DNA of 62,144 nt from an uncultured Pseudomonadota bacterium. GTDB taxonomy: Bacteria > Pseudomonadota > Alphaproteobacteria > UBA9219. The first letter of the stretch is position 1. Every line of letters begins with the position of its first letter. The notes under the pieces were generated by a model, which had not been told where the DNA came from, searched no databases, and saw only the letters and a list, made by a program, of their open reading frames with translations. The translations under genes and the position numbers were made by a program. The DNA is taken from the NCBI GenBank assembly GCA_903920205.1, contig CAIXLI010000074.1, positions 1 to 62,144 of the forward strand, written 5' to 3'. Of the stretch, positions 28,369-38,078 are shown in pieces.

Positions 28369-29801
28369 AAACCCAAAACCTTTCTTGCTTCTTCTAAATC
28401 GTCGAACGGCAAAACTTTGTCGCCGACAATTTGTCCTGGTTCATGGCCTTTGCCCGCAATGACCAGAACATCGTGCGCGTTTAATTTTCCGATGCCTTCG
28501 GCGATAGCCAGAGCACGGTCGCCGACTTCGTGCACATTGGCGGTGTCGACGCATCCTGCCAGAATTTCGGCGCGAATGGTCGCGGGTTCTTCGTTGCGCG
28601 GATTATCGTCGGTCACGACGACCCAATCGGCCTCCCTTTGCGCAATATCGCCCATAATCGGCCTTTTGCCTTTGTCGCGGTTGCCGCCACAGCCGAAAAC
28701 AACGCCCAGCTTGGCTCCGTCATGCGCCGCGATATGAGGCCGCAAGGCGCGAAGGACGTTGTCCAAAGCATCGGGTTTATGTGCGTAATCAACAAACACC
28801 GCGCCGCCCTTTTTCGAGGTGCCGATGAATTGCAATCGCCCGGGAACGCCGGAAACTTTGGACAACGCTTCAATCGTAGCCTCAGGCGCGCTGCCGCTGC
28901 CGATCACAAGCCCCGCAGCGCATAAGGCGTTCCACGCTTGAAACCCGCCCATGACAGGCAACAGGATTTCCACCGTTTTACCAAAGACCTCAAGCCGCAA
29001 AATCTGACCACGAGGATCGGGACGCGCCTCGATCAAACGCAGATCCTTGCCGTTCTTACCATAAGAAATAATATTTATCCCGCGCTTGCTGGAGACATCG
29101 GCAAGCACAGAAAACTGTTCGACATCCGCGTTGAGAACCGCCGACGCGCCAACAGGCAAAAGGGTCGAGAACAACCTCGTCTTCGCCGCGAAATAAGCTT
29201 CAAGCGTCACATGATAATCCAGATGATCCCGCGACAGATTGGTAAACCCACCCGCCTTCAACCGCACATGGTCGAGCCGATTGAATTCAATGCCGTGGCT
29301 CGACGCCTCAATCGCGGCATGCGTAATCCCCTGCCCCGCGCAATCGTCCAACAAATGATGCAGCGTTATCGCGTCGGGCGTCGTCAGCGAGCCATAGCCC
29401 GTACCCGCAGCCGTCACCAATCCCAACGTCCCGATACTTGCCGAAGCATGCCCCAAAGCCTGCCAAATCTCCCGCGCAAATTGCGCCGTTGAAGTCTTGC
29501 CGCTGGTGCCCGTCATCGCCACAATCGTTTCCGGCTGACGCGGATAGAAAGTTGAGGCGATGGCAGAGGTCGATTGGCGAATATCCGGTGTCGTTACCGT
29601 CGCAACACAACCCTCCGGCATCAGAACAGCCACCGCGCCTTTTTGGATAGCCTCATAAATATACGCACGCCCGTCCTGCTTCACCCCGGGCGTCGCGATG
29701 AACAAAAATCCGGGCTTCACCTTGCGGGAATCTTCGGTTAGTCCTGCGATTTCGACATCGGGGCCGTTGATAGGAAGGGGGGTTAACTGTGAAAGCTTCA
29801 T
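28365..29801 (-). CDS. murE: UDP-N-acetylmuramoyl-L-alanyl-D-glutamate--2,6-diaminopimelate ligase
   Basis: MTGTSGKTST P-loop and a DNPRNE motif typical of DAP-adding MurE. Overlaps the murF start by 4 nt. Confidence 0.9.
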   Translation of the reverse strand: MKLSQLTPLPINGPDVEIAGLTEDSRKVKPGFLFIATPGVKQDGRAYIYEAIQKGAVAVLMPEGCVATVTTPDIRQSTSAIASTFYPRQPETIVAMTGTSGKTSTAQFAREIWQALGHASASIGTLGLVTAAGTGYGSLTTPDAITLHHLLDDCAGQGITHAAIEASSHGIEFNRLDHVRLKAGGFTNLSRDHLDYHVTLEAYFAAKTRLFSTLLPVGASAVLNADVEQFSVLADVSSKRGINIISYGKNGKDLRLIEARPDPRGQILRLEVFGKTVEILLPVMGGFQAWNALCAAGLVIGSGSAPEATIEALSKVSGVPGRLQFIGTSKKGGAVFVDYAHKPDALDNVLRALRPHIAAHDGAKLGVVFGCGGNRDKGKRPIMGDIAQREADWVVVTDDNPRNEEPATIRAEILAGCVDTANVHEVGDRALAIAEGIGKLNAHDVLVIAGKGHEPGQIVGDKVLPFDDLEEARKVLGL

Positions 29802-29914
29802 GGATTAACCAAACTGGGGGGCTAAAACTATTTGTGATTCTACATCACTCGGCATTATTGTGATAGACTATCGATGTCTGGTTGGAAAATAATTTTTGAA
29901 GGCTATTTTTACTT

Positions 29915-30853
29915 ATGAAGTTACACGATAGAAGCACAATCAAAACGATTTATAAATTGGCACGAAGACTCATCTGTTGCCATATTGGAGTTGGTATTTT
30001 TAGTGCCGTAATGGTCGCGACCGGAGTTATTTATAAAGCGACCGACAAGCCAGAACATCATGTTGAGATATCCAGCATTAATAAGGACTCTTTACGAAAA
30101 GGGATCGCCTCGGCTATCGGGTCAAGTGCTCCTCCTTATGTTTTGTGGGGAGAAAGCAATCATTGCGATCTGCGACAAATAGAATTTCTGTCGGATACCA
30201 CAACATTAAAAATGCTGGCAGACAAAGGGATTAAGCGGATATTTATTGAACTTCACCCGAACCATCAAAGTCAAATAGATCAAGTTGCCTTTGACAAGAA
30301 AAGCGCGCTTGACCTTAGCGGAACCATAGGAGGTGCCGCCTATGATAAACATGTGAGCGTCCTTTATACTTGCCTCATCAGAAATGCAGCGGCTGTAGGG
30401 ATTAGGGTGTTTGCATGTGATGTTAACAACACATGGCGTACAAGCATTTACGCCCTTAACTGTTCTGCAATGGTTATAGAATCGATACCCATCGCAGTTG
30501 TTAATGAGGAAGCCGCTCGTGCTTGGGCAGAATGCGGGCTCATGGTGCTGCTGAAAGATCGTTTGAATGAGGAGGATGTGGCGTCTTTCGTAACAACCCA
30601 TTCTCCCTACGGTTCCAGCCTTATTTACCGCGGGAGTGCTCACATTACGAGTGATGCCCCCCATTCTCTCAGAAAATCCCTGCCCACCACAACTCTCTTT
30701 ATGTCTTTCTCTGAATCGTCAGAACACACCGCCCCTCAGAAAACAACACATGAAAGCGAAAGAACGTCTTTTGAAAAGCTTGGTTTTCCTTACCGCCCAC
30801 CGGATATCGTGATTAACCTAGAGACGGCAGCCATAGAAAAACGCGCCCCCTAA
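29915..30853 (+). CDS. Membrane-anchored hypothetical protein, possibly Tiki/ChaN/EreA-superfamily (GxxH motifs)
   Basis: N-terminal TM (IGVGIFSAVMVATGVIY). VLWGESNHCDLRQIEFL...IFIELHPNHQSQID and YRGSAHI resemble the GE-x-H / E / GxxH pattern of ChaN/GumN/TraB-like proteins as I recall it. The gene is AT-rich and lies on the opposite strand inside the dcw cluster. Confidence 0.45.
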   Translation: MKLHDRSTIKTIYKLARRLICCHIGVGIFSAVMVATGVIYKATDKPEHHVEISSINKDSLRKGIASAIGSSAPPYVLWGESNHCDLRQIEFLSDTTTLKMLADKGIKRIFIELHPNHQSQIDQVAFDKKSALDLSGTIGGAAYDKHVSVLYTCLIRNAAAVGIRVFACDVNNTWRTSIYALNCSAMVIESIPIAVVNEEAARAWAECGLMVLLKDRLNEEDVASFVTTHSPYGSSLIYRGSAHITSDAPHSLRKSLPTTTLFMSFSESSEHTAPQKTTHESERTSFEKLGFPYRPPDIVINLETAAIEKRAP

Positions 30854-30854
30854 C

Positions 30855-32660
30855 CTACTGCACGCTATCAGACTCGACAGAAGCATAATTCGATCCTTCC
30901 TCGACGGGGATGCCGTCTACGATTTCCGCGCCCAGAGGCTTGAGGACTTGGCGTTCTGTCGCTTCGTTCATGTCTTTGGACAAAGGCGCCATCCCCAGCA
31001 AAGGCCCGATCTGCGACACGACGTTGTTGACGGATGGGGCCACAACCCAGCCTGCCGTTGCGAATCCATAAGTCTTAGCATTGCCTTTGGGATCGTCCAA
31101 CATCGCAAAAACAAGGTATTTCGGGGCGTTAATGGGGAACAGCCCGATAAAAGACGAGCGCCGACCATTGCCTTCGTATTTGTGGTTGGCATTCAACTTG
31201 TCCGCCGTGCCTGTTTTTCCGCCCACCATATAGCCTTCAACATCGGCTTTCTTGGCCGTACCCCGCGTCACCACCAAGCGCATCAAAGCACGAACCATGG
31301 CGGAGGTATGAGGCGAAACGACAGTATCCACATCCTGCTCGGGCGCTTCGTTCCGTTTCAGCATTGTGGGATGCACAGGATGTCCGTCATTCACAATCGT
31401 GGCAACGGCGCGAACCAACTGCACGGCATTGACGGCGATGCCATGACCAAAAGCGGCGGTCAGCGTCGTCGTCTCGCCCCAATCCCGCGCCGAGGGGATA
31501 AGCGGTGCGCCGATTTCTGGCAATTCAAGCGATGTTTTCTCCGCCAACCCCAACCGAGCGAAAAAAGCGCGTTGCTTCACGCCACCAAAACGCTGCGCCA
31601 TATGCGCCGAACCGATATTCGACGAATGAGTAAAGATTTCCGCGACATTCAGATTGCGCCCTTCTTTTTCGAAATCCTTAATCGCATGATGGCCTATTTC
31701 AATAGGATGCGTCGTATCGAAAGTATCGGTGATATGAACCGTACCGGAATCAAGCGCCAGCGCGGTGTTAAAAATTTTGAAGGTCGAGCCCATTTCATAA
31801 ACGCCCAGCGTATCGCGGTTGAAACGCTGATCGTCGGTGGCGTTGCCCGGATGCCCGGGATCAAAATCGGGCAAGGAAACCATGCTGAGAATTTCGCCGG
31901 TACTGATATCCATCACCAATCCCGCCGCAGCTTCGGCATGAAAGTCGTTCATCGCCGTCGCAATTTCCTGCCGCAAGATGGATTGCACCCGCAGATCAAG
32001 CGCAAGCGCCAAAGGTTCGGGGTTTTCAGTAAGCCGCGTATCCATCGACTTTTCAATTCCTGCCAGCCCATTATCGTCAACGTCGCTATAACCGACGACA
32101 TGCGAGGTCAGGTTGCCCACGGGATAGATGCGACGTTCGTCAGGGCGGAATTCGATTCCGGCGATGCCAAGTTTATTGACTTCGTAATATTGGCGCGGGC
32201 TCAAATGCCGCCTGAGGATCGAACAATGCTTGCCGTTGCGTAAATCTTCGTTCAGCTTTTGCGGATTCAGATCGGGTAACACGCTCAGCAACTGCTTCGC
32301 CGCTTCGTCGGGATTGATGATGGCGCGTGAATCCGCGCACAGGGAAATCGTAGGTAGCGAAGTCGCCAGCACCGTTCCGTTGCGGTCAGTGATATCGGCG
32401 CGGCTGGTAGCACCGCTGCCGGAAGGTGCGCGCGCGACCGGCGTTTCCGGTTCGCCGCTGAGCGTCAGATAAGTCAGCCTTCCGCCGACCATAACCCAAG
32501 CGACGGCAAAGAGAAGGACAACGATGCTCAGCCGTGCTCTCGCCAAATCCAAAGCTTGTTCACGGGGAGTAGCGAGGCGGCGTCTTTTTGGGGGAGAGAA
32601 CAAACCCGGCAGATTGGGCTGGGGCGTTGGCGACGAACCGGAAAAACGCCACTTGGTCAT
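30855..32660 (-). CDS. ftsI: Peptidoglycan D,D-transpeptidase FtsI (PBP3)
   Basis: TM anchor, STFK, SSN and KTGT motifs all present in order. Confidence 0.9.
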   Translation of the reverse strand: MTKWRFSGSSPTPQPNLPGLFSPPKRRRLATPREQALDLARARLSIVVLLFAVAWVMVGGRLTYLTLSGEPETPVARAPSGSGATSRADITDRNGTVLATSLPTISLCADSRAIINPDEAAKQLLSVLPDLNPQKLNEDLRNGKHCSILRRHLSPRQYYEVNKLGIAGIEFRPDERRIYPVGNLTSHVVGYSDVDDNGLAGIEKSMDTRLTENPEPLALALDLRVQSILRQEIATAMNDFHAEAAAGLVMDISTGEILSMVSLPDFDPGHPGNATDDQRFNRDTLGVYEMGSTFKIFNTALALDSGTVHITDTFDTTHPIEIGHHAIKDFEKEGRNLNVAEIFTHSSNIGSAHMAQRFGGVKQRAFFARLGLAEKTSLELPEIGAPLIPSARDWGETTTLTAAFGHGIAVNAVQLVRAVATIVNDGHPVHPTMLKRNEAPEQDVDTVVSPHTSAMVRALMRLVVTRGTAKKADVEGYMVGGKTGTADKLNANHKYEGNGRRSSFIGLFPINAPKYLVFAMLDDPKGNAKTYGFATAGWVVAPSVNNVVSQIGPLLGMAPLSKDMNEATERQVLKPLGAEIVDGIPVEEGSNYASVESDSVQ

Positions 32661-33190
32661 GGACGCAAGCCCAGCGTGCCGATCAAAGCGCCTATTCTGT
32701 CTGTCGAGGCTTCGACCGCCGCATGCTGCATCACCATATGATCGTTGATGCGTCCGGCATTAAGCGAGGCCACAACACGATCATGCCTGTTATGCGATTC
32801 CGTTTTCTCCAGAAGAGCCGCAATGGTGGACGCGTCAGGTTTTTCCGCAGGCGAGGTCTGCGCCGTTAGAATCGGCGTTATCGCGTCAGTACCATCGCGC
32901 AAGGGCAGAAGATCGCTCATATTCTGCAAAGCGGCGACGCGGCGCGGCGCAGTCGGTTGCAAAGTCAAATGCCGCCCCACAGCTTCTTTTATGCGTGCAG
33001 GATTGGCGAGATAAACCCATTCAGCCTTCAGCACATGAAGGCTTTCCTGCTCCGCCTCCACCTGTGCATTCAGCGAACGCAATTCCCTATCCAACGCCGT
33101 AACGCGGTCGCTGGTGTGGTAGAGCATAAGGCTCGCGCCAATCGTCATGCCAAGCCAGAAAAGCACGGGGGAATACGCCTTCGTCATCAA
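32657..33190 (-). CDS. ftsL: Cell division protein FtsL-like (alphaproteobacterial long form)
   Basis: Single TM (PVLFWLGMTIGASLMLY) followed by a coiled coil (LDRELRSLNAQVEAEQESL). Lies between rsmH and ftsI, with 4-nt overlaps on both sides. Confidence 0.75.
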   Translation of the reverse strand: MMTKAYSPVLFWLGMTIGASLMLYHTSDRVTALDRELRSLNAQVEAEQESLHVLKAEWVYLANPARIKEAVGRHLTLQPTAPRRVAALQNMSDLLPLRDGTDAITPILTAQTSPAEKPDASTIAALLEKTESHNRHDRVVASLNAGRINDHMVMQHAAVEASTDRIGALIGTLGLRP

Positions 33191-34149
33191 ACGCCCCCTT
33201 TCTGAACAGGAGCATCAGTACGTTCCGCAACACGCAGTTTCGCCGAACGAGCGCGGGGGTTCGCCTTAATTTCTTCATCGCTAGGCGTTTGCGGCTTTTT
33301 GGTCAAAATTTGGAAACTTGGCTCCGGCGCGTTCTGATCGTTTGCGGGAAGATGGCGCGAAACGGAAGCGCCTGTCCCGCTGCGATGGCGCAAAAATTCT
33401 TTAACTACGCGATCTTCCAGCGAATGAAACGACACGACCGCCAAACGACCCTGCGGCTTCAACAAAGCTTCGGCGGCCTTCAACGCGCTGGTCAATTCGC
33501 CCATTTCGTCGTTCACATAAAGGCGCAAAGCCTGAAAGCTGCGCGTCGCGGGATCAAGCCCGTCCTTGGCGCGAGGCACCGCCTTGCGAATGATCTCCGC
33601 CAGTTGCGCCGTGCGTGTCAGCCGTTCTTGGGTGCGGGCTTCGACGATGCAATGCGCGACGCGGCGCGAGAAACGTTCTTCGCCGAGCGTATAAATAACA
33701 TCCGCCAATTCGCGTTCGTCCATCTCGTTGACGACATCGGCGGCGCTGGGGCCGCTACGGCTCATGCGCATATCCAAAGGCCCGTCGGCGCTGAAGGAGA
33801 ATCCGCGCTCGGCGTCGTCGATCTGCGGCGAGGACACGCCCAGATCAAGCGCAATGCCGTCGACCAGAGAGACATGTTGCCCCGCCAGCAAAACATCCAT
33901 TGCCCCAAAAGGCCCCTGCACCAAAGTCAAACGCGGCGCAAAGGCGGCGACCATTTTCTGCCCCGCCTGAATCGCATCGGGATCGCGGTCGATAGCGATA
34001 ACTTTCGTGTCGGCGGATTCCAGCAACGCGCGCGTATAGCCGCCGCGCCCGAAAGTCGCATCGACATAAATCCCGCCCTCGCGCGGAGCCAGCGCGTCGA
34101 TCACTTCACGCAGCATCACAGGCGTATGCGACAGATCTTGCGTTTTCAT
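33187..34149 (-). CDS. rsmH: 16S rRNA (cytosine1402-N4)-methyltransferase
   Basis: HTPVMLREV...YVDATFGRGGYT...DLGVSSPQID...SFHSLEDR motifs. Confidence 0.95.
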   Translation of the reverse strand: MKTQDLSHTPVMLREVIDALAPREGGIYVDATFGRGGYTRALLESADTKVIAIDRDPDAIQAGQKMVAAFAPRLTLVQGPFGAMDVLLAGQHVSLVDGIALDLGVSSPQIDDAERGFSFSADGPLDMRMSRSGPSAADVVNEMDERELADVIYTLGEERFSRRVAHCIVEARTQERLTRTAQLAEIIRKAVPRAKDGLDPATRSFQALRLYVNDEMGELTSALKAAEALLKPQGRLAVVSFHSLEDRVVKEFLRHRSGTGASVSRHLPANDQNAPEPSFQILTKKPQTPSDEEIKANPRARSAKLRVAERTDAPVQKGGV

Positions 34150-34628
34150 GCCGCGTCACCATTCGCGGATTGCGTAACGGCAGCGATAATTTTGCTGAGA
34201 GAAATATCCTTCGCCCGAGCCTTGCTCCGCGCTTCGCTTTCATGCGCGGCCAAAGTCGCGGGATTCCAAATTTGAAAAGTTTTACGACGCCCGACAAAGG
34301 CGACTTCTTCCGTAATCCCTACTCCCGCAATCAAAGCCTGCGGCAGACTGATGCGCCCTTCGCCATCGAACGGCAATTGCACAGCACCGCCAAAAATCGT
34401 GGTTTCGATCAGATCGAAAACCTCGGGAGAGAGGTCTTGTTTTTCGAGGCTTTGGCTGAGCAATTCCAAATGCGCGATCGAGCAACCGTCCAGCGCCTCA
34501 TGCTGCAAAGAACGGAACACGACGATACCCGACGTGTCAGCTCCCAGCGCGGCGCGGAAAGAAGCCGGAACCGACACACGTCCCTTCTTGTCAATCTTGT
34601 TGACAAAACTGGACAGGAAAACGGCCAT
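34146..34628 (-). CDS. mraZ: Transcriptional regulator MraZ
   Basis: Two DKKGRVSVP/DGEGRISLP (DXXXR) repeats. First gene of the dcw block. Confidence 0.9.
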   Translation of the reverse strand: MAVFLSSFVNKIDKKGRVSVPASFRAALGADTSGIVVFRSLQHEALDGCSIAHLELLSQSLEKQDLSPEVFDLIETTIFGGAVQLPFDGEGRISLPQALIAGVGITEEVAFVGRRKTFQIWNPATLAAHESEARSKARAKDISLSKIIAAVTQSANGDAA

Positions 34629-34737
34629 AAGTTCCTCAGCAAAAAAGAAGGGTTACACGGATGCTGAAAACATCCTCGCGGGTCGCGGCAGCTTGGGTCT
34701 CTCACTTTGGGTTTACCCAGTCTCCCTCTGGGTTCAG

Positions 34738-34777
34738 ATGGGATAACATGGGAGGGCATGGGAGGTCAAGGGATTAA
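34738..34777. promoter_or_regulatory. Four 10-bp-phased direct repeats (ATGGGA-N4), candidate MraZ operator
   Basis: ATGGGATAAC ATGGGAGGGC ATGGGAGGTC AAGGGATTAA, 110-150 nt upstream of the mraZ start. E. coli MraZ is reported to bind TGGGN repeats with 5-nt spacers. Confidence 0.55.
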
Positions 34778-35201
34778 GTACAAATTTCCCCAAAAATCCC
34801 CTGAAAAATCAACCCCATGCCCCCACCCCTCAACAATTTTCCCGTGCAAAGTGCGGTGCAGCACAAGCGATGGGGGAATGGGGGGCGGGAGGGCACAAGA
34901 TCGGGGTGTGGAGGTGCGACCAAAAGAAAAACAAATGGGACATCCGCCTACGCGGGTGTGACGGTGTTTTGGGGGGATTCCTCAATAACGACCCCGACAT
35001 GCCTGAATTAGCAAAGCCCTACAAACTGTCTCGAAATGACCACACGATGAGCTTCCGATCAAAGGACGCTGTTTTGGCAAAAATCCTTGAATCATTCAGG
35101 TATAACCCGAGCACGCTTCCCACCTCACAACGCGGGATGGACGGAAGAAAAGAACATAGACGGAACACTCGCGGTGGCGTACAAACACGAAGATCAAATG
35201 C

Positions 35202-35229
35202 AAAAAAGGCACCCCGAAGGGTGCCTTTT
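35202..35229. terminator. Bidirectional Rho-independent terminator
   Basis: AAAAAA-GGCACCC-CGAA-GGGTGCC-TTTT. It has a 7-bp GC-rich stem and a tetraloop. The U-run is longer on the minus-strand transcript. Confidence 0.7.
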
Positions 35230-35321
35230 AACTGGGAAGTCGGGGATCCGTTGCCGAAGCAACTGCCGATCTAGTCCCGACTTTTCGGTTAAAAGTCTAA
35301 CCGAAAGAGGGCAAAAAGTCA

Positions 35322-36128
35322 ATGCCAATCAATTCTGTCGATATAGCAGCCCTCACTTTGTTAATTTCGCCTGAGAGGCTTAGATCGCTTACCGAATTAA
35401 CGGGTTCGGCAGAAAAGGCCATTGAACTCCACCAAGAGACACTGCGGTTAGGGGCATCTTTAATGAATGTGACGGCTACAATCGAGATAGCCTTGCGAAA
35501 TTCTGTTTGTGAAAATCTGGGGCAATATTTTGGGGCATCAAGTTGGCTTATTCAGCCCCCCATACACTTCCAATGGAAAGACCCCGAACGAAAGAAGATT
35601 GTATCGGCACTTGATAGTGCGCAACGGGCCGAATACTCGAAACTCTCACAAGCAGAGAAAAGCGCCCTAGACTCTCTTGCCTATCCCAATGGTCGACCGT
35701 CAAATATTTCCCACCTCAAACGCGCAAAAGACAGAAGACGCCACATTCCGGTTACCGAGGGCAAAGTTGTTGCTGAGTTAACTCTTTATTTTTGGAAGCG
35801 CCTTTATGGCCCAGAATATGAACAAGCCTTATGGCGAACTTCCTTAAAGAAAACTTTTCCCAATAAGCATATATCCCGCGCAGATATTGCGATCAAACTG
35901 GAGCAAATCTACCAGTCTCGAAATCGGTTGGCACACCACGAGCCAGTGTTACACAAACGTTTCAACGACACCATGAAAGCCATCGATTTTGTGATTCAAA
36001 ATTTAGGCACGACAGCCCCCGACGCCACAACACCGCTAGCAAGCCTACTGGCAAGTGACATTGATGAGGTCAACGCTAAAGCAACAAACCTTCATGCTCG
36101 CCTGGAAGCCTTCCGCAGTATTTCTTAG
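35322..36128 (+). CDS. Abi_2 (AbiD/AbiF-like) abortive-infection family protein with HEPN-type Rx4H motif
   Basis: 268 aa. IEIALRNSV early helix, WLIQPP/FW aromatic blocks, C-terminal YQSRNRLAHHEPVL (R-x4-H). Overall layout is as I recall for pfam Abi_2. Confidence 0.65.
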   Translation: MPINSVDIAALTLLISPERLRSLTELTGSAEKAIELHQETLRLGASLMNVTATIEIALRNSVCENLGQYFGASSWLIQPPIHFQWKDPERKKIVSALDSAQRAEYSKLSQAEKSALDSLAYPNGRPSNISHLKRAKDRRRHIPVTEGKVVAELTLYFWKRLYGPEYEQALWRTSLKKTFPNKHISRADIAIKLEQIYQSRNRLAHHEPVLHKRFNDTMKAIDFVIQNLGTTAPDATTPLASLLASDIDEVNAKATNLHARLEAFRSIS

Positions 36129-36134
36129 CGCCCC

Positions 36135-38078
36135 CTACCCCCTCAAATCCGGCGGCATAGCCTCGGCGGACAACGTTTTCACCGCATCCTCCAAGCCCAA
36201 AATTTCCTGCGCCTCCCCGCCCAAACGCCGCAACGCGACGGTTTTGGCTTCGGCTTCTTTTTTGCCGACGACGAGGATCAACGGAACCTTTTGCAGACTG
36301 TGGTCGCGGATTTTGGCGTTGATTTTTTCTGAGCGTATGTCGAGTTTGGCACGGATTCCGGCTGCGGTCAGGGCGTCGAAAACTTCCTGCGCATAACCTT
36401 CCGCGTCGTTGGTAATTGTGCAAATGGTGGCTTGCACGGGCGACAGCCATAAAGGAAATTTTCCGGCATAATGTTCGATCAAAACGCCGAGGAAACGATG
36501 CAACGACCCCAAAATCGCCCGATGCAGCATCACGGGACGATGCTTCTGCCCATCCTCGCCGACATAAGAGGCATCGAGCCGCTCCGGCATGTTGAAATCG
36601 ACCTGCAACGTCCCGCATTGCCATTCGCGGCCTATGGCGTCCTTTAAATAAAACTCGATCTTGGGGCCATAGAAAGCGCCATCGCCGGAATTCATGTCGT
36701 AATCCAGTCCGGCGGCCTTCAAGGCGCTGTGCAACGCGCCTTCGGCCTTGTCCCAAACCTCGTCTGAGCCTGTCCGCTTTTCAGGACGATCCGCCAACCG
36801 CACACGAGCGACATCAAAGCCAAGCTCGGCATACATGGAACGCAAAACTTCGCAGAAAGCCAGACTTTCGCTTTGAATCTGATCCTCAGTACAGAAAATA
36901 TGCGCATCGTCTTGCACCATCTGGCGCACGCGGATCAACCCATGCATCGCGCCATGAGCTTCGTTGCGATGGCAATTACCAAATTCCGCCATACGCAAAG
37001 GCAAATCGCGGTAGCTGGTGATGCCCTGCTTGAAAATCTGCACATGCCCGGGGCAGTTCATCGGCTTGATGCCCAGCCATTTAACGTCTTCCGGCGCGTC
37101 GCCCGATTTGACGGCGACCTTGAACATATTATCGCCGTACATATCCCAATGCCCCGACGCCTTGAACAGCGAGCTATCGAAAAGCTGTGGCGTATGCACT
37201 TCGACATAGCCCGCCTTTTCAATCCGGCGACGAACGTAATTTTCCAACGTTCTGTAAAGCGTCCAACCCTTGGGATGCCAGAAAACGCTTCCCGCCGCTT
37301 CGTCTTGCATATGGAACAGGTCAAGTTCCTTGCCAATCTTGCGATGATCGCGCTTTTCCGCTTCGTCGAGCATCGTCAGATGCGCTTGCAATTCCTTGTC
37401 GTCGCGCCATGCAGTGCCATAGATACGCTGCAACATCGCGTTGTTGCTGTCGCCACGCCAATAGGCTCCGGCAAGCTTCAACAATTTGAACGATGTTCCC
37501 GTCTTGCCGGTCGAAGGCAAATGCGGCCCGCGGCACAGGTCTTTCCACGCGCCCTGCGCATAGGTCGTGATGGTCTGATCGGCGGCAAGATCGCGGATCA
37601 ATTCGGCCTTATACTTCTCGCCCTTGCTTTCAAAGAACTTGATCGCTTCGTCGCGGCTCCATTCTTCGCGCACCAAAGGGGCATCCCGCGCCACGATCTC
37701 GCGCATTTTGGCTTCGATCTTGGGAAAGTCGTCGGTGCTGAAAGGCTCCGCCCGCGCAAAGTCGTAATAAAATCCGTTCTCGACATTCGGGCCGATGGTA
37801 ACCTGCGTGCCAGGAAAAAGTTCCTGCACCGCTTCGGCGAGAATATGCGCCGTGTCGTGGCGGATCAGTTCGAGCGCCTCTGGCGATTTGCGGGTGACGA
37901 TCTCTACCTTGGCGTCTTTTTCTATGGGGCGCAGCAAATCGCGCAGCTCGCCATCCAGTTTAACCGCCAGCGCGGCGGCGGCGAGTCCCTTGCCGATAGA
38001 GGCCGCGAGTTCCAAACCCGTTACGGAGGCGGAAAATTCTTTGACAGTCCCATCGGGCAATGTGAGGCGAAGAGGCAT
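36135..38078 (-). CDS. thrS: Threonine--tRNA ligase
   Basis: Start at the internal [15 protein letters not shown] (TGS domain). Class II motifs (FRNE-like [23 protein letters not shown]) and a C-terminal anticodon-binding domain. Confidence 0.95.
   Translation of the reverse strand: MPLRLTLPDGTVKEFSASVTGLELAASIGKGLAAAALAVKLDGELRDLLRPIEKDAKVEIVTRKSPEALELIRHDTAHILAEAVQELFPGTQVTIGPNVENGFYYDFARAEPFSTDDFPKIEAKMREIVARDAPLVREEWSRDEAIKFFESKGEKYKAELIRDLAADQTITTYAQGAWKDLCRGPHLPSTGKTGTSFKLLKLAGAYWRGDSNNAMLQRIYGTAWRDDKELQAHLTMLDEAEKRDHRKIGKELDLFHMQDEAAGSVFWHPKGWTLYRTLENYVRRRIEKAGYVEVHTPQLFDSSLFKASGHWDMYGDNMFKVAVKSGDAPEDVKWLGIKPMNCPGHVQIFKQGITSYRDLPLRMAEFGNCHRNEAHGAMHGLIRVRQMVQDDAHIFCTEDQIQSESLAFCEVLRSMYAELGFDVARVRLADRPEKRTGSDEVWDKAEGALHSALKAAGLDYDMNSGDGAFYGPKIEFYLKDAIGREWQCGTLQVDFNMPERLDASYVGEDGQKHRPVMLHRAILGSLHRFLGVLIEHYAGKFPLWLSPVQATICTITNDAEGYAQEVFDALTAAGIRAKLDIRSEKINAKIRDHSLQKVPLILVVGKKEAEAKTVALRRLGGEAQEILGLEDAVKTLSAEAMPPDLRG

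Noticed and set aside
30948-32243. 431-aa plus-strand ORF
   Set aside because: It is antisense to ftsI, which shows STFK, SSN and KTGT in order. It has typical shadow-ORF composition.
33289-34275. 328-aa plus-strand ORF
   Set aside because: It is antisense to rsmH and mraZ, both of which have diagnostic motifs.
34707-35374. ORFs 34707..34961, 34817..35011, 34870..35274 and 35087..35374 in the mraZ-abi intergenic region
   Set aside because: They overlap each other, are driven by G-runs (Gly/Trp/Arg-rich), lack RBS and motifs, and one runs through the terminator hairpin. I treat the region as non-coding and regulatory.
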